NCBI GenBank assembly: GCA_951406725.2 | Contig: OX597814.1 | Span: 36,270,001-36,334,000, forward strand | From: Octopus vulgaris | Lineage: Eukaryota | Direction: 5' to 3' | DNA length: 64,000 bases | In this document: in pieces, positions 38,507-52,133 of the stretch | Position numbering within the stretch: position 1 is the first letter of the stretch | Layout: each line of letters starts with the position of its first letter | The notes under the pieces: model-generated | The model's database searches: none | Told to the model about the DNA's origin: nothing | The model's input: the letters and a program-made list of their open reading frames with translations, nothing else | Translations under genes and position numbers: made by a program

Positions 38507-39032
38507 TGCAGAAGTGGCTATGCGGTAAAAATGCTTGCTTTCCAACTATAGGGTTCTAGGTTCATTCCCACTGTATGGTATCTTGGGCAAATATCTCCTA
38601 CTGTAGTCTTGAGCTAACCAAAGACAGAAACTGAAAGAAGCTCATTGTATATGTATGTATATATACATATATATGTGTTTGCATGTTCGTGTGTTACTGT
38701 GTCCTAGTCTCGATGTCATGACAGTTGCAAATGAATATAACCGTGATACAAGCAGTAATTTCCATATTCGGTGAAAACATGTCTAGTCACAAGGAAATAT
38801 TACCTTGCCTGGAAACAAGGTGAGGCTTGGCCACAAGAATAGCATCCAGATACAGAAAATCTGCCTCAACATTATTCTGCCTAACCTGTGCAAGCATGGA
38901 AGAGTGGACATAAAATAATGATGAAGATGAAGTTGAAGATGATGATGTTGGTGATTATAATGATGATGAGGATGATGATGAGGATGCTGATGATGATGGT
39001 GATGCTGATAACGATGAAGGTAATGACGATGA
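38507..39032 (+). mobile_element. SINE with family A head and RTE-LINE-type tail, plus expanded (GAT)n
   Basis: Family A head to gaaactgaaagaagc, then a different body ending gcatccag..gcaagcatggaagagtggacataaaa(tga)n. Reverse copy at 52975-53415. Confidence 0.7.
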
Positions 39033-39562
39033 TATACATGCGTATATATACACAAACTTATCGCCCCCCCCCACATTGTTGTCAAGAACATTATCATTCC
39101 CTAACTGCTATCTATTTGACACTTCATGATGTACTTTTAGTTAGAAAATTTTACAAATATTTAACTTGCCTTAGGCATCTGAGCTTATTTGTTTTCTCAA
39201 AACTTTCCACAGAAGAAATGAAAATACAAAAATTTAACTTTCTAAATATTTACAAAATATATATAGAGAGAGAAATAAAAAAAAACCCAGTTATATATAG
39301 GAAGCCTTCAACAGAAGCATCTAAAAAATAATTTTGAAGGCAAAACTTGAGAAAAGATTTGAGCTAAAAAACCAACATAGCATCAATCAATCTTCTATGT
39401 TCCGTGATCTGTATTTACAGCAGATGTTATAATCCACTCACAAACAAAATAAAAAAGTAATAATGGAAATAAGTAAATAAAATAGATTAGAATAAGTTAC
39501 AAAATTTTTTTTAAATGATGTAGAAACTATGGAAAAGGAAAAAAAAAAGAAGAAAAACTTAC

Positions 39563-39631
39563 GAAAATTGATAAATAAACGAGTATATCAACAAAGAAGT
39601 AAACCAGGGAAATATTTGTGAATATTCTCAT
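39563..39631 (-). CDS. Candidate first coding exon, signal-peptide-like
   Basis: ATG-initiated MRIFTNISLVYFFVDILVYLSIF ending exactly at a GTAAGT donor (phase 0). T-rich DNA gives hydrophobic peptides by chance. Confidence 0.2.
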
Positions 39632-39851
39632 AATTAAATTTCTATTTCAATAGAAGTTTTGAAGATAAATTGGTTATATCATGCAAATAATAATGGTTCA
39701 ATGGAGGAACTGGTCCTGCATTTGACTTCTAATCACATTTCTATTTCTTTCTGCTCCTCCAAGATAAAACTTACTTGGCTTTTGATTATTTTCTAACTCA
39801 CTTAAGTTATGAAGTGATTAGTAGCTACCAAATAAACATTAAAGAAAGTGT

Positions 39852-39891
<40 letters not shown>

Positions 39892-39928
39892 AAGAGAGAG
39901 AGAGGGAGGAAGAGAGAGAGAGGGAGGA

Positions 39929-39960
<32 letters not shown>

Positions 39961-40153
39961 AGAGGAAACAAAGACAGGTGTGAGTATAGGTAATATATAT
40001 TTAAGAAATCACACACAAAGAAAAGTAAAAGAAATTAATAAAAATTATCAGCTCACATTATGATGAGCATAAAAATGTAGAAGTGAAATCATCAGAGGAG
40101 TAAAAGGAATGAAATTGTTTGCAGGTCATTGAGTTTATTTAAAGCAAATGATT

Positions 40154-40194
<41 letters not shown>

Positions 40195-40918
40195 CTTCAC
40201 ACACACATACACTCACTCACACACATGCATACATATGTATGTATACATATACATACATATATAAAAGTATGTTTATTCAATCACAGATGTCTTGCACACC
40301 TTTACTTGTTGTTCTAATTACAAAAAGAAAACAAAAGTAACAAAATATTGTATATTTCAGGGAATTTCATGGTATAAAGACACAAGCTAAACCTCATCTC
40401 TTGCTAGAAAGGATGAAGAATGAATATACCTTTAGGAAGTCTTGTAATTCTCTGTCAGTTACAGTCAACATCAAAATAAGGTCTTAGATTTGTTTTTATT
40501 TGAGTCATTGATAATTATCTATGTTAATAATTCGTTTTTGAAATAGTGGATCTTGAAGCCTACATAAAGCTATAAAAAATAGCAGCCTGTAGATACTGGA
40601 CTGAAAAATTTTTTTAGGTAGAAAATTACAAAGGCTGTCCAAAAGAGGTTTCCAGCCCAATATTGCATGCTTCAAAATCCACTATTCCAAAAAAGAATTA
40701 CTTCACTTTTTCTCAAAGGTTTATAAAATCAAACATCAAAAATTTCTTTGATATTTTGATTTTGAGCAGACATTGAGAGACTTATCAAAAGTGTTCTAGC
40801 CTTAACTATCCTGTTCTTTACTTGGACGTAGCCTATCAAAAAAGTGATATTATCCAAAGTATCTCTATAATGCAAGTAATTTCCAACTATTTATCATAGG
40901 AATATACAATGAATTCCA

Positions 40919-41172
40919 GGGTGGCTTAGTGGTTAGGGTGTCAGCGCCATGATCGTAAGATTGTGGTTTCGATTCCTGGACCAGGCGACGCATTGTGTTC
41001 TTGAGCAAAACACTTCATTTCACATTGCTCTAGTCCACTCAGCTGGCAAAAATGAGTAACACTGCGATGGACTGGCGTCCCATCTAGCTGGCGAACACAT
41101 ACGCCATAGAAACCAGGAAACCAGGCCCATGAGCTTGGCTAGGCTTTAAAAGGGCGCATTTATTTTATTTAT
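40919..41172 (+). mobile_element. tRNA-derived CORE-like SINE, family E
   Basis: A box gtggcttagtgg, B box ggtttcgattcc, ttgtgttcttgagcaaaacactt shared with family D, distinct tail and (TTTA)n end. Confidence 0.8.
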
Positions 41173-41391
41173 TATAATTTCACATGCCAGTATGATGAGT
41201 ATGTTGTATGAGAACAGTAAGACTATGGAGAACAAAGAAAAGAGGATGGAAAAGAAAAATTTCCCGTGAGTTCTTAAAATAGATAGAAGCTGGTAATGAA
41301 GTTAAGATATTCTTTATTCCCAACCAATATTCAATAGCACTCCATACGATAGACAGTAGGGTCACTAACACAGCAATCATCTTAAATAATA

Positions 41392-41610
41392 ATGGTTTCA
41401 AATTTTGGTACATGACTAGCAATATTTTAGCGAAGGAGTGAGTTGATTACATCGACCCTGGTACTTGACTGGTACTCATTTTATTGACCCCAAAAGTGAC
41501 GAAAGGCAAAATCAACCTCAGCAGAATTTGAACTCAGAATATAAAGATGAAATGCACTTCAGCATCATTTTGTCCTGCATGCTAACTATTTTTCCAGTTC
41601 ACTGCCTTAA
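41392..41610 (-). mobile_element. SINE family B, alternative tail
   Basis: gaaaggcaaaatcaacctcagcagaatttgaactcagaa core. Confidence 0.75.
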
Positions 41611-42190
41611 ATCATTTTGAGTAATAATATAAGTAAATAAATATGATTTTTTTTATTCATAAATGCCTGGGCAATTCCTGCCAGTAGAATGTTTATGCAA
41701 CTTTGAAGGATCTTAATGCAAAAAAAAAACTGGCATTTTTCTTGTCATAGGCTTCAACTCAGTCTCTGTTTATTAAACTTCACTCACAAGGCTTAGGCCA
41801 ATTTATAGCCATGATGGAAGAAACTTACTCATGATGCTGCACAATGAGCCTGAATCCCAAACATGGTAAATGTGAAGTGAGCTTCTTAACCATGGAACCA
41901 TACTTGTATGCATGCTTAATTAAAAAGATATTAGAGTACTTAACAGGTATCTCTAATAAGGAATCTCTCATGGACGTGCAAGATTTCTGCTTGGTAGAAA
42001 ATGTCTTTGCATTATAAGTCTATGAGAGGTACATACAAGTTCTCATATATAGCTTGTAATCAGAATTAAACTATGAGCAGAAGGCAAGACCAACCAAAGC
42101 ACTAAGAAAATTGCATACTGATGAATTTGTGGGGCACTTTCCCATAATCCAGATAAAGTCTTATACACAGCTTGCATTAAACAAATATAG

Positions 42191-42583
42191 TCTTTATATA
42201 TAAAGCTGAAGTTGTCTGTGTGCGTGTGGCAGGTTTGGTAGCCTTCAACTAACACTATCTCCTCTGAGACCTTGTGGCGCAAGTTGACCAAAATTGAGAG
42301 TATGATAGAAGAAGGCTTGCTCTTCGTTCCATAGAAGAAAAGATTCAAATCTGACCATATTAAGACCAAAAATTATTTACATCAAAAAGGTGTTTTTTTT
42401 TCTATGAAAAAATCCGTATTCTTTTACTACTGTGTTGCCATTTTTCAGCGTATTTCAACCAGAAAAATGTTCACTTAAAGAGAATAACAAGCTACATAAT
42501 GAAAACGTTTTACTTTTCAAAAATTCCAATTCTAAAGGGTTGAAAAGAAAACAAACCTGAGCAACGTCAGGCTATACTGCTAG
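42191..42583 (+). mobile_element. Non-autonomous Helitron, subfamily H2
   Basis: TCtttatatataaagctg ... cctgagcaacgtcagg hairpin ... gCTAG|T. Confidence 0.88.
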
Positions 42584-43105
42584 TTTTTGTTAAAGCTGCA
42601 TTCATTCATTGTACTTAATTTCAAGTGTGTGAATTAAGTCAATGTGTTTTGTGTTTTGAGGTTTTAGAACACTCTTGAAAATGGTGTACAATCAATGGAC
42701 CTCTTTTCTGATAGTATAATGTTCTACTGGTAAGGTCAAAAAGTGACTCTAATATTTTCTTTCAAATATTCAGATTAAAATTATAACATCAGTAAAATGG
42801 TCAGTTTAATTTACTTTAATTGTTTACAACACATATATAGCAATCAATTTAAACTGACCTTAGAAACAAACAAACCAAAAAGCAAATGGTAAATTACAGT
42901 TTATTTTCAAACTTTAATTATGAAGAAAATCTGTAATTTTTTTCTTTTGTTATTTATAAATAATTTCTGATTAATTCTTATTCTTGTAAGTCTTTGTGGT
43001 CATTCCATAAGAAAAAAAAGTAAAATATAAAACTACAGCAAAATTTACTTTTCTCACCACAACTTTAAAATTTTTTTTGGCAAGAAACCATTTGTTTTAC
43101 TGCAG

Positions 43106-43159
43106 CCATCTTCAAGAAACGCTTCATAAACCTTACATGCACCAGAGGTCACTTCTAAG
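43106..43159 (+). CDS. Candidate 54-nt symmetric cassette exon
   Basis: Acceptor tttgttttactgcag, donor AG|GTAAAG. Only phase 2-2 is open: xHLQETLHKPYMHQRSLLx. Confidence 0.3.
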
Positions 43160-44247
43160 GTAAAGTGAATTTTCTTTTGAATGCCAAATTCATGTGAACA
43201 GCATACATCAGCAATGAGATATTATCAGAATGTCTAAGAAATTGAAATTGCTCCATTACACTCAGGTTATTGATATGCAAGAAGCAAATTATTTCCTTTT
43301 ATGAAATATAGGAATATTTAATTTTTTTTTTTTTCCATTATTTTATCAATATGTCTGCTTTAACAAATACACACCTAAATTCAGAAATACCTAAAAGAAA
43401 TGTGTTTTCATGAAGCTAGAAATTTTTACTAAAGTTTTCAATTTTTCTTAATGTGTATGTGTGTGTCATTATCTCTCTTTACACACATGCACACACACAC
43501 ACTCACATACACACATACACAAATATACACACATACATACACACACATCTGCATACATACATATAAATATATATATATATACATATATATAAAATAAAAT
43601 TATGCAAATAAATGTGGTACACACACACATGCATATATATACATACATATATATATGTGTGCATGTGTGTGTGTATGTATAAATATGATATAACATAACG
43701 ATATAATAATGTAATATGACATAATGTATATAAATCTGGTACATATTATTCAGTCTCTATATTTTGATACAATGTAATAATGCTTTTGTTTTTAAAAATA
43801 AATACTACTAATCTTGGTCTTGTTGAGTGTCTTTGACTTAACCCCACTGCCTGGCATCTTATGTGAGTTTAGTAGATTCCACTCTGTTGCAAGTGTTTCG
43901 GTCAGGTTGCTGGTTTGAAGATATCTTCCTCCCTCCTTCCAACTACTCTCGCAAAAAAATCCAACTAACTAAAAGATTAAAGATAAAAAAAGGTTGACTG
44001 ATAAAGTTGATTTCAACAAGATTTTAATTTGGAATACTGAAAGATAGAAATGACAGGCAGCCATTTATTGAAGCATGTATCCTTTCTGTCAAATTACTGC
44101 TAATGTAAATGAATAGAACATTAAATAGTTAAAACAGTTACATCCAAAAATACACATTCTAAAGGACAGCACACTTTTTTTTTGCTTTTGCTGGCTTATT
44201 TTATTTCATCAGTCAGAAATTTTGGTAGGTTATGGGATCTGACCAGT

Positions 44248-44286
<39 letters not shown>

Positions 44287-45222
44287 GTTTAACGTCCGCT
44301 TTCCATGCTAGCATGGGTTGGACGATTTTGACTGAGGACTGACGAACCAGATGGCTGCACCAGGCTCCAATCTGATCCGGCAGAGTTTCTACTGCTGGAT
44401 GCCGTTCCTAACGTCAACCACTCTGAGAGTGTAGTGGGTGCTTTTACGTGCTACCGGCATGGGGGCCGGTCAGGCAGTACTAGCAACGGCCATGCTCAGA
44501 TGGTGCTTTTTATGTGTCACCTGCTCAGGAGCCAGTCCAGACATGATGGTCATGGCTGGAATAATGTTGATCATAGATCTTACTCAATTAGAGCTGTCCT
44601 GAAGATGAAAAGCCAACAAATAAAACATAAATAGTTTCTCTCCTACAGCAGATCATGCATGGCTAATACATCATATACTGCTATGCTGTGCTTGAGAAGA
44701 CTCAGCAAGTGCAAGTGAGACCATAACCTGATGGCACGTTAAAAAACACCATTCGAGTGTGATCGTTACCTGCGTTGCCTTACTAGCACCTGTGCTGGTG
44801 GCACGTAAAAAACATTTGAAGTGAGGTCATTGTATGTGTCACCTGTTCAGGAGCCAGTCCAGTGGCACTGGCAACGACCTTGCTTCAAATGTTTTTTAAG
44901 TGCCACCAGCACAGGTGCTAGTAAGGCAACGCAGGTAACGATCACGCTCGAATGGTGTTTTTTAATGTGCCATCAGCACAGAGGCCAGCTTGTTGCTCTG
45001 GCAACAATCTTATGGTACTCTTAGCACTCCACTAGCATGGGTGCCAGTCATCGAATTTGATTTCGATTTTGATTCCGATTCACTTGCCTCAACAAGTCTT
45101 TGCAAGCAGAGTTTAGTGTCCAATGAAGGAAAGGCACGCATAAGTGGACTGGTTACACCCCTGGTATAGGCCTAAAGGTTATGGTCTCACTTGCACTTGC
45201 CGAGTCTTCTCAAGTACAGCAT
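44248..45222 (-). mobile_element. RTE LINE 3' fragment containing an inverted templated insertion
   Basis: Collinear with 50707-51335 except for the insert at 44541-44832. Confidence 0.88.
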
Positions 45223-46004
45223 AGCAGTATATGATGTATTAGCCATGCATGATCTGCTGTAGGAGAGAAACTATTTATGTTTTATTTGTTGGCTTTTCAT
45301 CTTCAGGTCAGCTCTAATTGAGTAAGATCCATGATCAACATTATTCCAGCCATGACCATCATATCGTTTTTGCATAACTAGGATTACACTGACCAATATA
45401 TTCTCTCTGATAATAGGGTTGTGATTTGAGAAATTCTCCCTGCTGTTTCAAGCAGGTTAAGTAAACATGTAGAGCCTCCTTCATTTACTCATAACAATAT
45501 TTGGCTCCCTGATGTCTTTGTTGTTTGTGTTGGATAGCTCCTGTGGACCTTAAATGAGCAGTCATTTTGTATATGTAATCAAGCGTCTAAATGAATCCAT
45601 TAAACTAACCCATTATATGAATTGTATCACATGAATATTTTATAACATGAAAATGGCTTTAATATTTAATATTACGGCACAACACTTTGTATGTTCTTAC
45701 AGCAATTAGTTTTGGTATTAGGACCTCTGCCTGCATTCAATCATACTAAATGATTAAAACTGAGAGACAGTTCAAATAGAATAAATAGAAAACATTTAAG
45801 GAAGTTAACACTGATTTAAACAAGTGAAAATGAAGTGGAGAGATACATTTCTTAATATTCTTGTCTTTACAATTTCGGAAGAAATTTTTTAGTTTTCACA
45901 TAAAGGTGCTGTAATATCAGAAGCCCAAAATCATTAGTAGTTTTGCCAAAGGGTAAGGAAAATCTCTGTTGTACTAATTTATCCTTATGTATTTGTTAAT
46001 AAGA

Positions 46005-46243
46005 CAAAGGTGCTGAAATTGGATCAGACACGTCCTCAAACAAGATCAACAAAGTGGTTGTATGGTGGCACTAAAGTGAAAAACTGAGGGGAAAAGAGCA
46101 GCAGGGTGCCCAAAAACCATATGGTGAAAGACCATTGACTACGAAAGGAGGTGAGAAGAATGGAGAAGCTGGAATGAGACAAGAACAGAGCTGGCTGGAA
46201 AGATCATGTTGCAGCCTTATGTGCCTCATAGCACAGAGAGGGT
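46005..46243 (+). mobile_element. RTE/BovB-like LINE ORF C-terminus (second RTE family)
   Basis: NWIRHVLKQD..EGKRAAGCPKTIW..NRAGWKDHVAALCAS matches RTE C-terminal motifs. Confidence 0.75.
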
Positions 46244-47410
46244 ATTATCCCTACTTATGAGATCTAATCTCTTGAAAAAAATGAGTGTAAATCTAAGAAA
46301 ATATTTAATGATGTTCCTTCAATGATGCTGAGCTTTTATAGCACTTCATTACACTATTGTGTCCTGTGTCTCAGTAAAGACATTAACCAGTTGGCTTCAG
46401 TACCTTTTTTGTCTTCTGCATTTAGGACTGAGCTTTTCCTATTAGAAAATATTAAATAAATAATTTAGAAACAGCACTAATCCTCTTATGTCATGCGTCC
46501 CAAATAAAATAAAATTCAGAAAGCTACTAAGGCCAATTTTATATACTAATTTACAATAATCTTTTATATTTTAGCTGAGATATTTGTATTTTTCATCATC
46601 ATTTAACATTTTAGCACAATCATGTCATATCTTAATGATTATAAAACATATCATATTATATAATTAAAAAGAAAAATGTAGTGGAACTAATGAAGGTCTA
46701 ATTTTGTATAAGATTTATGTATTCTAGTAAATATTAAACAGGACGCAGAATCCAATCCCCCAGAATTCCTCAGAGATCTTTCAATCTCCACAAAATTCCT
46801 CAGAATTCTAGTATTTCATTCAGTTGTTAGTGACTCCCACTTTCCTATATCTTAACAAATAACACTTTAAATGATTTTGATAATACGTCAATTTCCAGTG
46901 AAATGGTATATGATAAAAATGATGATGAAGATGATTATGATGATGACGATGAAGTGGACAACAAAGATGACAAAAACTGATTATAATTATGATTATGTTG
47001 AACATGATGATGAGGATAATAATATATAGTAGTAAGTTTCTCATGAACTTTTATATTTTTGAGATGTTTAAATGGTTAAAAGCAACATATTGAAATATTA
47101 TTTAAAACATGACAAAACTTCTCACTAAATCATTTGCATAAAGGTCAAAAGGTTATATTTTATGTTTAAAGCTTTTTCTTGTTGTTTTTGTTTTTCTCCT
47201 GATAATATTTCTGCCTTTTTCTAACTGTTGATTATGAAATGAAATTTCTAAATATAAATTTTAATTAAGAAGTCATTGTGTAAATAAAATTATTTTTATT
47301 TTGTTACAACTATGATGAAGAATCAATTGAATTTATTAGTCATTCCATAACTCTTTTAATTTTATAATTTACCCATACTAAATTTTGAATTCTTGCTTGT
47401 CTTTTCATAG

Positions 47411-47523
47411 AAGTGGTTAGAAATGAAGCAGTTGAATATCTAGATAGCCGTGATGCTGGACTAACAGCTAACAGATTTTCATTTCAAATCCACAGCAGAG
47501 ATTTTTATGCCTCAGGAGGGTAG
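47411..47523 (+). CDS. Candidate terminal coding exon, unidentified protein
   Basis: Acceptor ttcttgcttgtcttttcatag. Phase-1 frame xVVRNEAVEYLDSRDAGLTANRFSFQIHSRDFYASGG*. AATAAA at 47536. GC is above the flanks. Confidence 0.3.
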
Positions 47524-47631
47524 TTGGGGTGGGGTAATAAAGTGAATTCTTCAAATCAAATCAAATATGTATTACATTTCAAAATAGGAATAAAGTCACA
47601 CATGACATCTTCAATGGGGATTATTTTACCA

Positions 47632-47826
47632 AATGGCACGTAAAAAGCACCCACTACACTCTTGGAGTGGTTGGCATTAGGAAGGGCATCCAGCTGTAGA
47701 AACTCTGCCAGATCAAGATTGGAGTCTGGTGCAGCCATCTGGTTTGCCAGCCCTCAGTCAAAATCGTCCAATCCATGCTAGCATGGAAAGCAGACGTTAA
47801 ACGATGATGATGATGATGATGATAAT
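47632..47826 (+). mobile_element. RTE LINE 3' tail
   Basis: ggcacgtaaaaagcacc..ccatgctagcatggaaagcagacgttaaac(gat)n. Confidence 0.88.
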
Positions 47827-50167
47827 GAATAACACTTTTACTTTTATTTGCTGTAACAGTGCACTATAGGTACTTCCCAGGATGGACTTTGCCAAATTAG
47901 TGAAAGCAAACTAATAAAGAGGCAGCAGAAATAACTATGGTAAGAACATCATGGCAGAAAACCTATCTCAGTACAAATCTATTGACAAATTTGAAATCAC
48001 ACTCCCAGTTAATAAAAACACCTGTTCAATTTCACCATGTTCAGATAGTTTACTGAAGTGAGACTTATCTCTCTCTTAACCTCGGGAGTACCAAAATATA
48101 CCAAGTGTGTACTTACCTCCCAGAAATTGTTTCAGTTATTGATTAACATATTGTCCAAGAGAATATTTATCATTAACTCACATAATCTTATAAATTAGAG
48201 TCATAAATAGCTGCTATTGCTCGAAAGTTTGAAGACTTACAAGTTGTGAATAATAGGTAACAGTTCTCTTACAGGGGAAAATGTATTTATAATTCATATG
48301 TCATTAATTTAGAACTATGCATCATTCATCAGCCCATTGAGGTTTCTGAGACATTTAGGAGAAAGTTTGCAGTTTATCTAGCTATAGGGAATAAATACCA
48401 GATCTTTAGCATCCTATCCAGAGACAGACTTTAGTTATGAAAATAGAATAGCACACAAGAACTTCACCTCCCACAGTTTTATAGATAGAAAATTATATTT
48501 TATCATAATGTAGTGTTAACACTTCCATCACTTTATATCTAATAAATTTACTGCCTACGTTTTTCAATTAATTTTCAATATAACTAAAATATCGGAGGGA
48601 GATTAATGAAAATATTTGTAACACTATATATTGGTATATATTATGCTGTTGTTGATTTACTCGAAGTATATGTTATCATTTGTGTTATGAGATTTTGATC
48701 AATATTGCAAGTTGAATATGAACACTTTAGTACAGGTGATCTCAGGCCTGTTAGTATTAAGAAGGTTAAGTAGAATATTTCCTTTTCTTCCTCTACTTAA
48801 CTCTAAGCATGGGAGGAGTGACATAATCAGATCTTCTGGGAATGTTACCTGGAAAGATTAAATCAACTGAATCTAGAACTAAACAAGAGCTTAAAAAGAC
48901 ACATACGATTTGTGGATAAATTTATCACCATCATTATCAGTCATACTATATTTACTTTATCACTGTTTTGTTCTTCTTCTTTGAACACTCTTGTAGTTAA
49001 TGTATAAATTATGTGTCACATTAGAGTTGTAAAATGGCTGGAACAGTTCTGTGATGGATTAAATAACTGTCTTGTAGAATGACCCCCATGTTGTCATTAA
49101 AGACAGGTTGGGAAATAAATAACTGGTTTTATACCATTAGTTTAAACTGACTGACTGCACAAACATCTAATGAGAAACAGTTAGTTTTGTCTCAACCATG
49201 TCTTTGCTAATATTGGCCTCATATACCCTCAAAATTAGTGACTGGGTAATACAACTCCAAAATACTCTCACCAAGACTAAATATATTTTAAAGGCATTCA
49301 TATTTTCTTTCTTGAATATATGATTTTTTAGGAACAGCTACATATCTCATAATGTCTTTATTTATAGACAGCTACTATGTTCATAAATATAAATCCAGTG
49401 GCTCTCCATATTTTCTAAAACCAACAGAGAACCATTAAGATCACATTAAGTTCACATATATCACTCTAGCTCTTAAAGTGTCTGTAGGTACCTAAATAAG
49501 AAAGCCTAAAATTGCTAAGATCCTACAATCAAAATCCAGTTGCAAATTTAACTTTAAATAATTTTATTCCTTTGACAATTTAAATAATAAAAAAAATACA
49601 ATGATACAAATAGTAAATAGATAAATGAATAATTTATAAATAAATAGAAAAAGAATTTTCTGTTTCTGCCTATAGTAATATTTTTACAAATTTAAAAGTT
49701 CCTGAATATTATACCCTTTTTCAAATCTAGAAATATAATATATAAAAATCTATGAATAGATAGTTTCTGTAACATTATTGATGTAAGAAAGGGGAAAAAA
49801 AAGTCTCGTGAGATATAACCATAACAACACAAATTAAAACAGCAGCAGTAGTAGTAGTAGTAGTCGTAGTAGTAGTAGTAGTAGTAAGAATAATGTATTC
49901 CTGTCAATGGAAGTACAGTGATTTTAAAACATGAAATAAATTGAACTTTATTTTCCTAGTTGTTTCCACATTTTAGATAATATGCAAAAGAATACAAGCA
50001 CAAATGCATGCATATCTATATTGCTTTATGTCAACATTATGTACATACCTGTGTGTGTGGGAATGACATACATATAATATACGCATGTGTATGTATAAGT
50101 ATTGGCATATGCATGAATGTGTGTGCATATACATGCATACATATGTACATACACACACACGCAAATA

Positions 50168-50232
<65 letters not shown>

Positions 50233-50268
50233 GTATATATTTATATATGTATTGTTCCCTTGATGGTA

Positions 50269-50320
<52 letters not shown>

Positions 50321-50430
50321 AATTAAAATCTATTATTTTCCTTATAGTTATCAGTTTCATCAACTAGGAAAATGCACAACTGTATGCATATTTTCATACA
50401 TATGTTTATATGCATGCACACATGTGTAGA

Positions 50431-50462
<32 letters not shown>

Positions 50463-50706
50463 AAGAGTGTGTGAATATGATGTGTGTGCGTGTGTGTGTA
50501 AGCGGGGCCACTGATAGGTGAACAGATGTGTTTCAGGCCTGGTAATGTTGCACATATAAAACATAGACTATGGAATATATTCAACTGAAATGAAATTCAA
50601 ATAGATTTCCTTTTATTGTAAATAAAACTAGAAATTTGTTTAAAAATTAGTTATGCAATCATAGTTGTTGTTGTTTTGCCCAGGTCAGTCTTGATCGAGT
50701 AAACTG

Positions 50707-52040
50707 ATCATCATCATCATCATCGTTTAACGTCCGCTTTCCATGCTAGCATGGGTTGGACAATTTGACTGAAGTCTGGTGAATCAGATGGCTGCAGCAG
50801 ACTCCAATCTGATCTGGCAGAGTTTCTACAGCTGGATGCCCTTCCTAATGCCAACCACTCCGAGAGTGTAGTGGGTGCTTTTATGTGCCACCAGCATGAG
50901 GGCCAGTCAGGTGGTACTGGCAACGGCCATGCTCAAATGGTGCATTTTATGTGCCACCTGCACAGGAGCCAGTCCAGCGGCACTGGCAACGACCTTGCTC
51001 AAATGATTTTTCGTGTGCCAATAGCACAAGTGCCAGTAAGGCGACGCTGATTACAATCATGCTCGAATGATGCTTTTTATGTGCCACTGGCACGGAAGTC
51101 AGTCAGCTGCTCCTGGCAACAATCATGCTTGGATGGTGCTCTTAGCACTCCACTAGCACGGATGCCAGTCATCGAATTTGATTTCAATTTCGATTTCACT
51201 TGCCTCAACAGGTCTTCACAAGCAGAGTTTAGTGTCCACTGAAGGAAAGGTATGCATAAGTGGGCTGGTTACACCCCTGGCATAGGCTACAGGTTATGGT
51301 CTCACTTGGCTTGCTGGGTCTTCTCACACACTGCATATTTCCAAAGGTCTCAGTCACTAGTCATTGCCTCAGCATGGCCTAATATTCAAAGGTCATGCTT
51401 CACCACCTCATCCCAGGTCTTCCTCGGTCTACCTTTTCCACAGGTTCCCTCACTTTTTCATATAGCTATCCTCATCCATTCTTGCCACATGGCCATACCA
51501 GTGCAGTCGTCTCTCTTGCACACCATATCTGATGCTTCTTAGGTCCAACTTTTCTCTCAAGGTACTAACACTCTGTTGAGTAAGCACACTGACATTACAC
51601 ATCCAACAGATCATACTGGCTTCATTTCTTGCGAGCTTACACATGTCCTCAGCAGTCACGACTCATGTTTCACTGACATGAGCATGGCTGTTCGTACACA
51701 TGGGTTATAGAATCTACCTTTTATTCCGAGCGAGAGGCTCTTTGTCACCAGCAGAGGTAAGAGCTCTCTGAACTTTGTCCAGGCTATTCTTATTCTAGCA
51801 GCTACACTTTCAGTGCATCCTCCCCAACTACTGACTTCGTCACCTAGGTAATGGAAGCTATCAACTACTTCTAGTTTTGCTCCCTGGAATGTGGCGTAAG
51901 TTGTTCTCAGCACATTTTCAGTGTTTATTGCTTCTGGGCATCTGCCACATACAAAAACTATCTTCTCAGTTAGCCTTTCTTTGATATTGCTGCACCTCTT
52001 ATGTGCCCATAGCTTACACTAGGTACATCTTATAGAGTTA
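50707..52040 (-). mobile_element. 5'-truncated RTE-clade LINE (PHD, RT C-terminus, 3' UTR, (GAT)n)
   Basis: NSIRCT*CKLWAHKRCSNIK..FVCGRC, LEVVDSFHYLGD, ARIRIAWTKFREL, VQERRLHWYGHVARMDED, contiguous with the repeat-containing UTR and tail. Confidence 0.93.
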
Positions 52041-52101
52041 TATATATATATATATATATATATATTTAGGTAGAAACTCTCTCTCTCTCTCTCTCTCTCT
52101 G

Positions 52102-52133
<32 letters not shown>

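Noticed and set aside
50880-51160. Regularly spaced short repeats (tggtgcttttacgtgccac) resembling a CRISPR array
   Set aside because: The spacers are mutually similar, the block is the 3' UTR of an RTE LINE repeated across the window, the DNA is eukaryotic and no cas genes are present.
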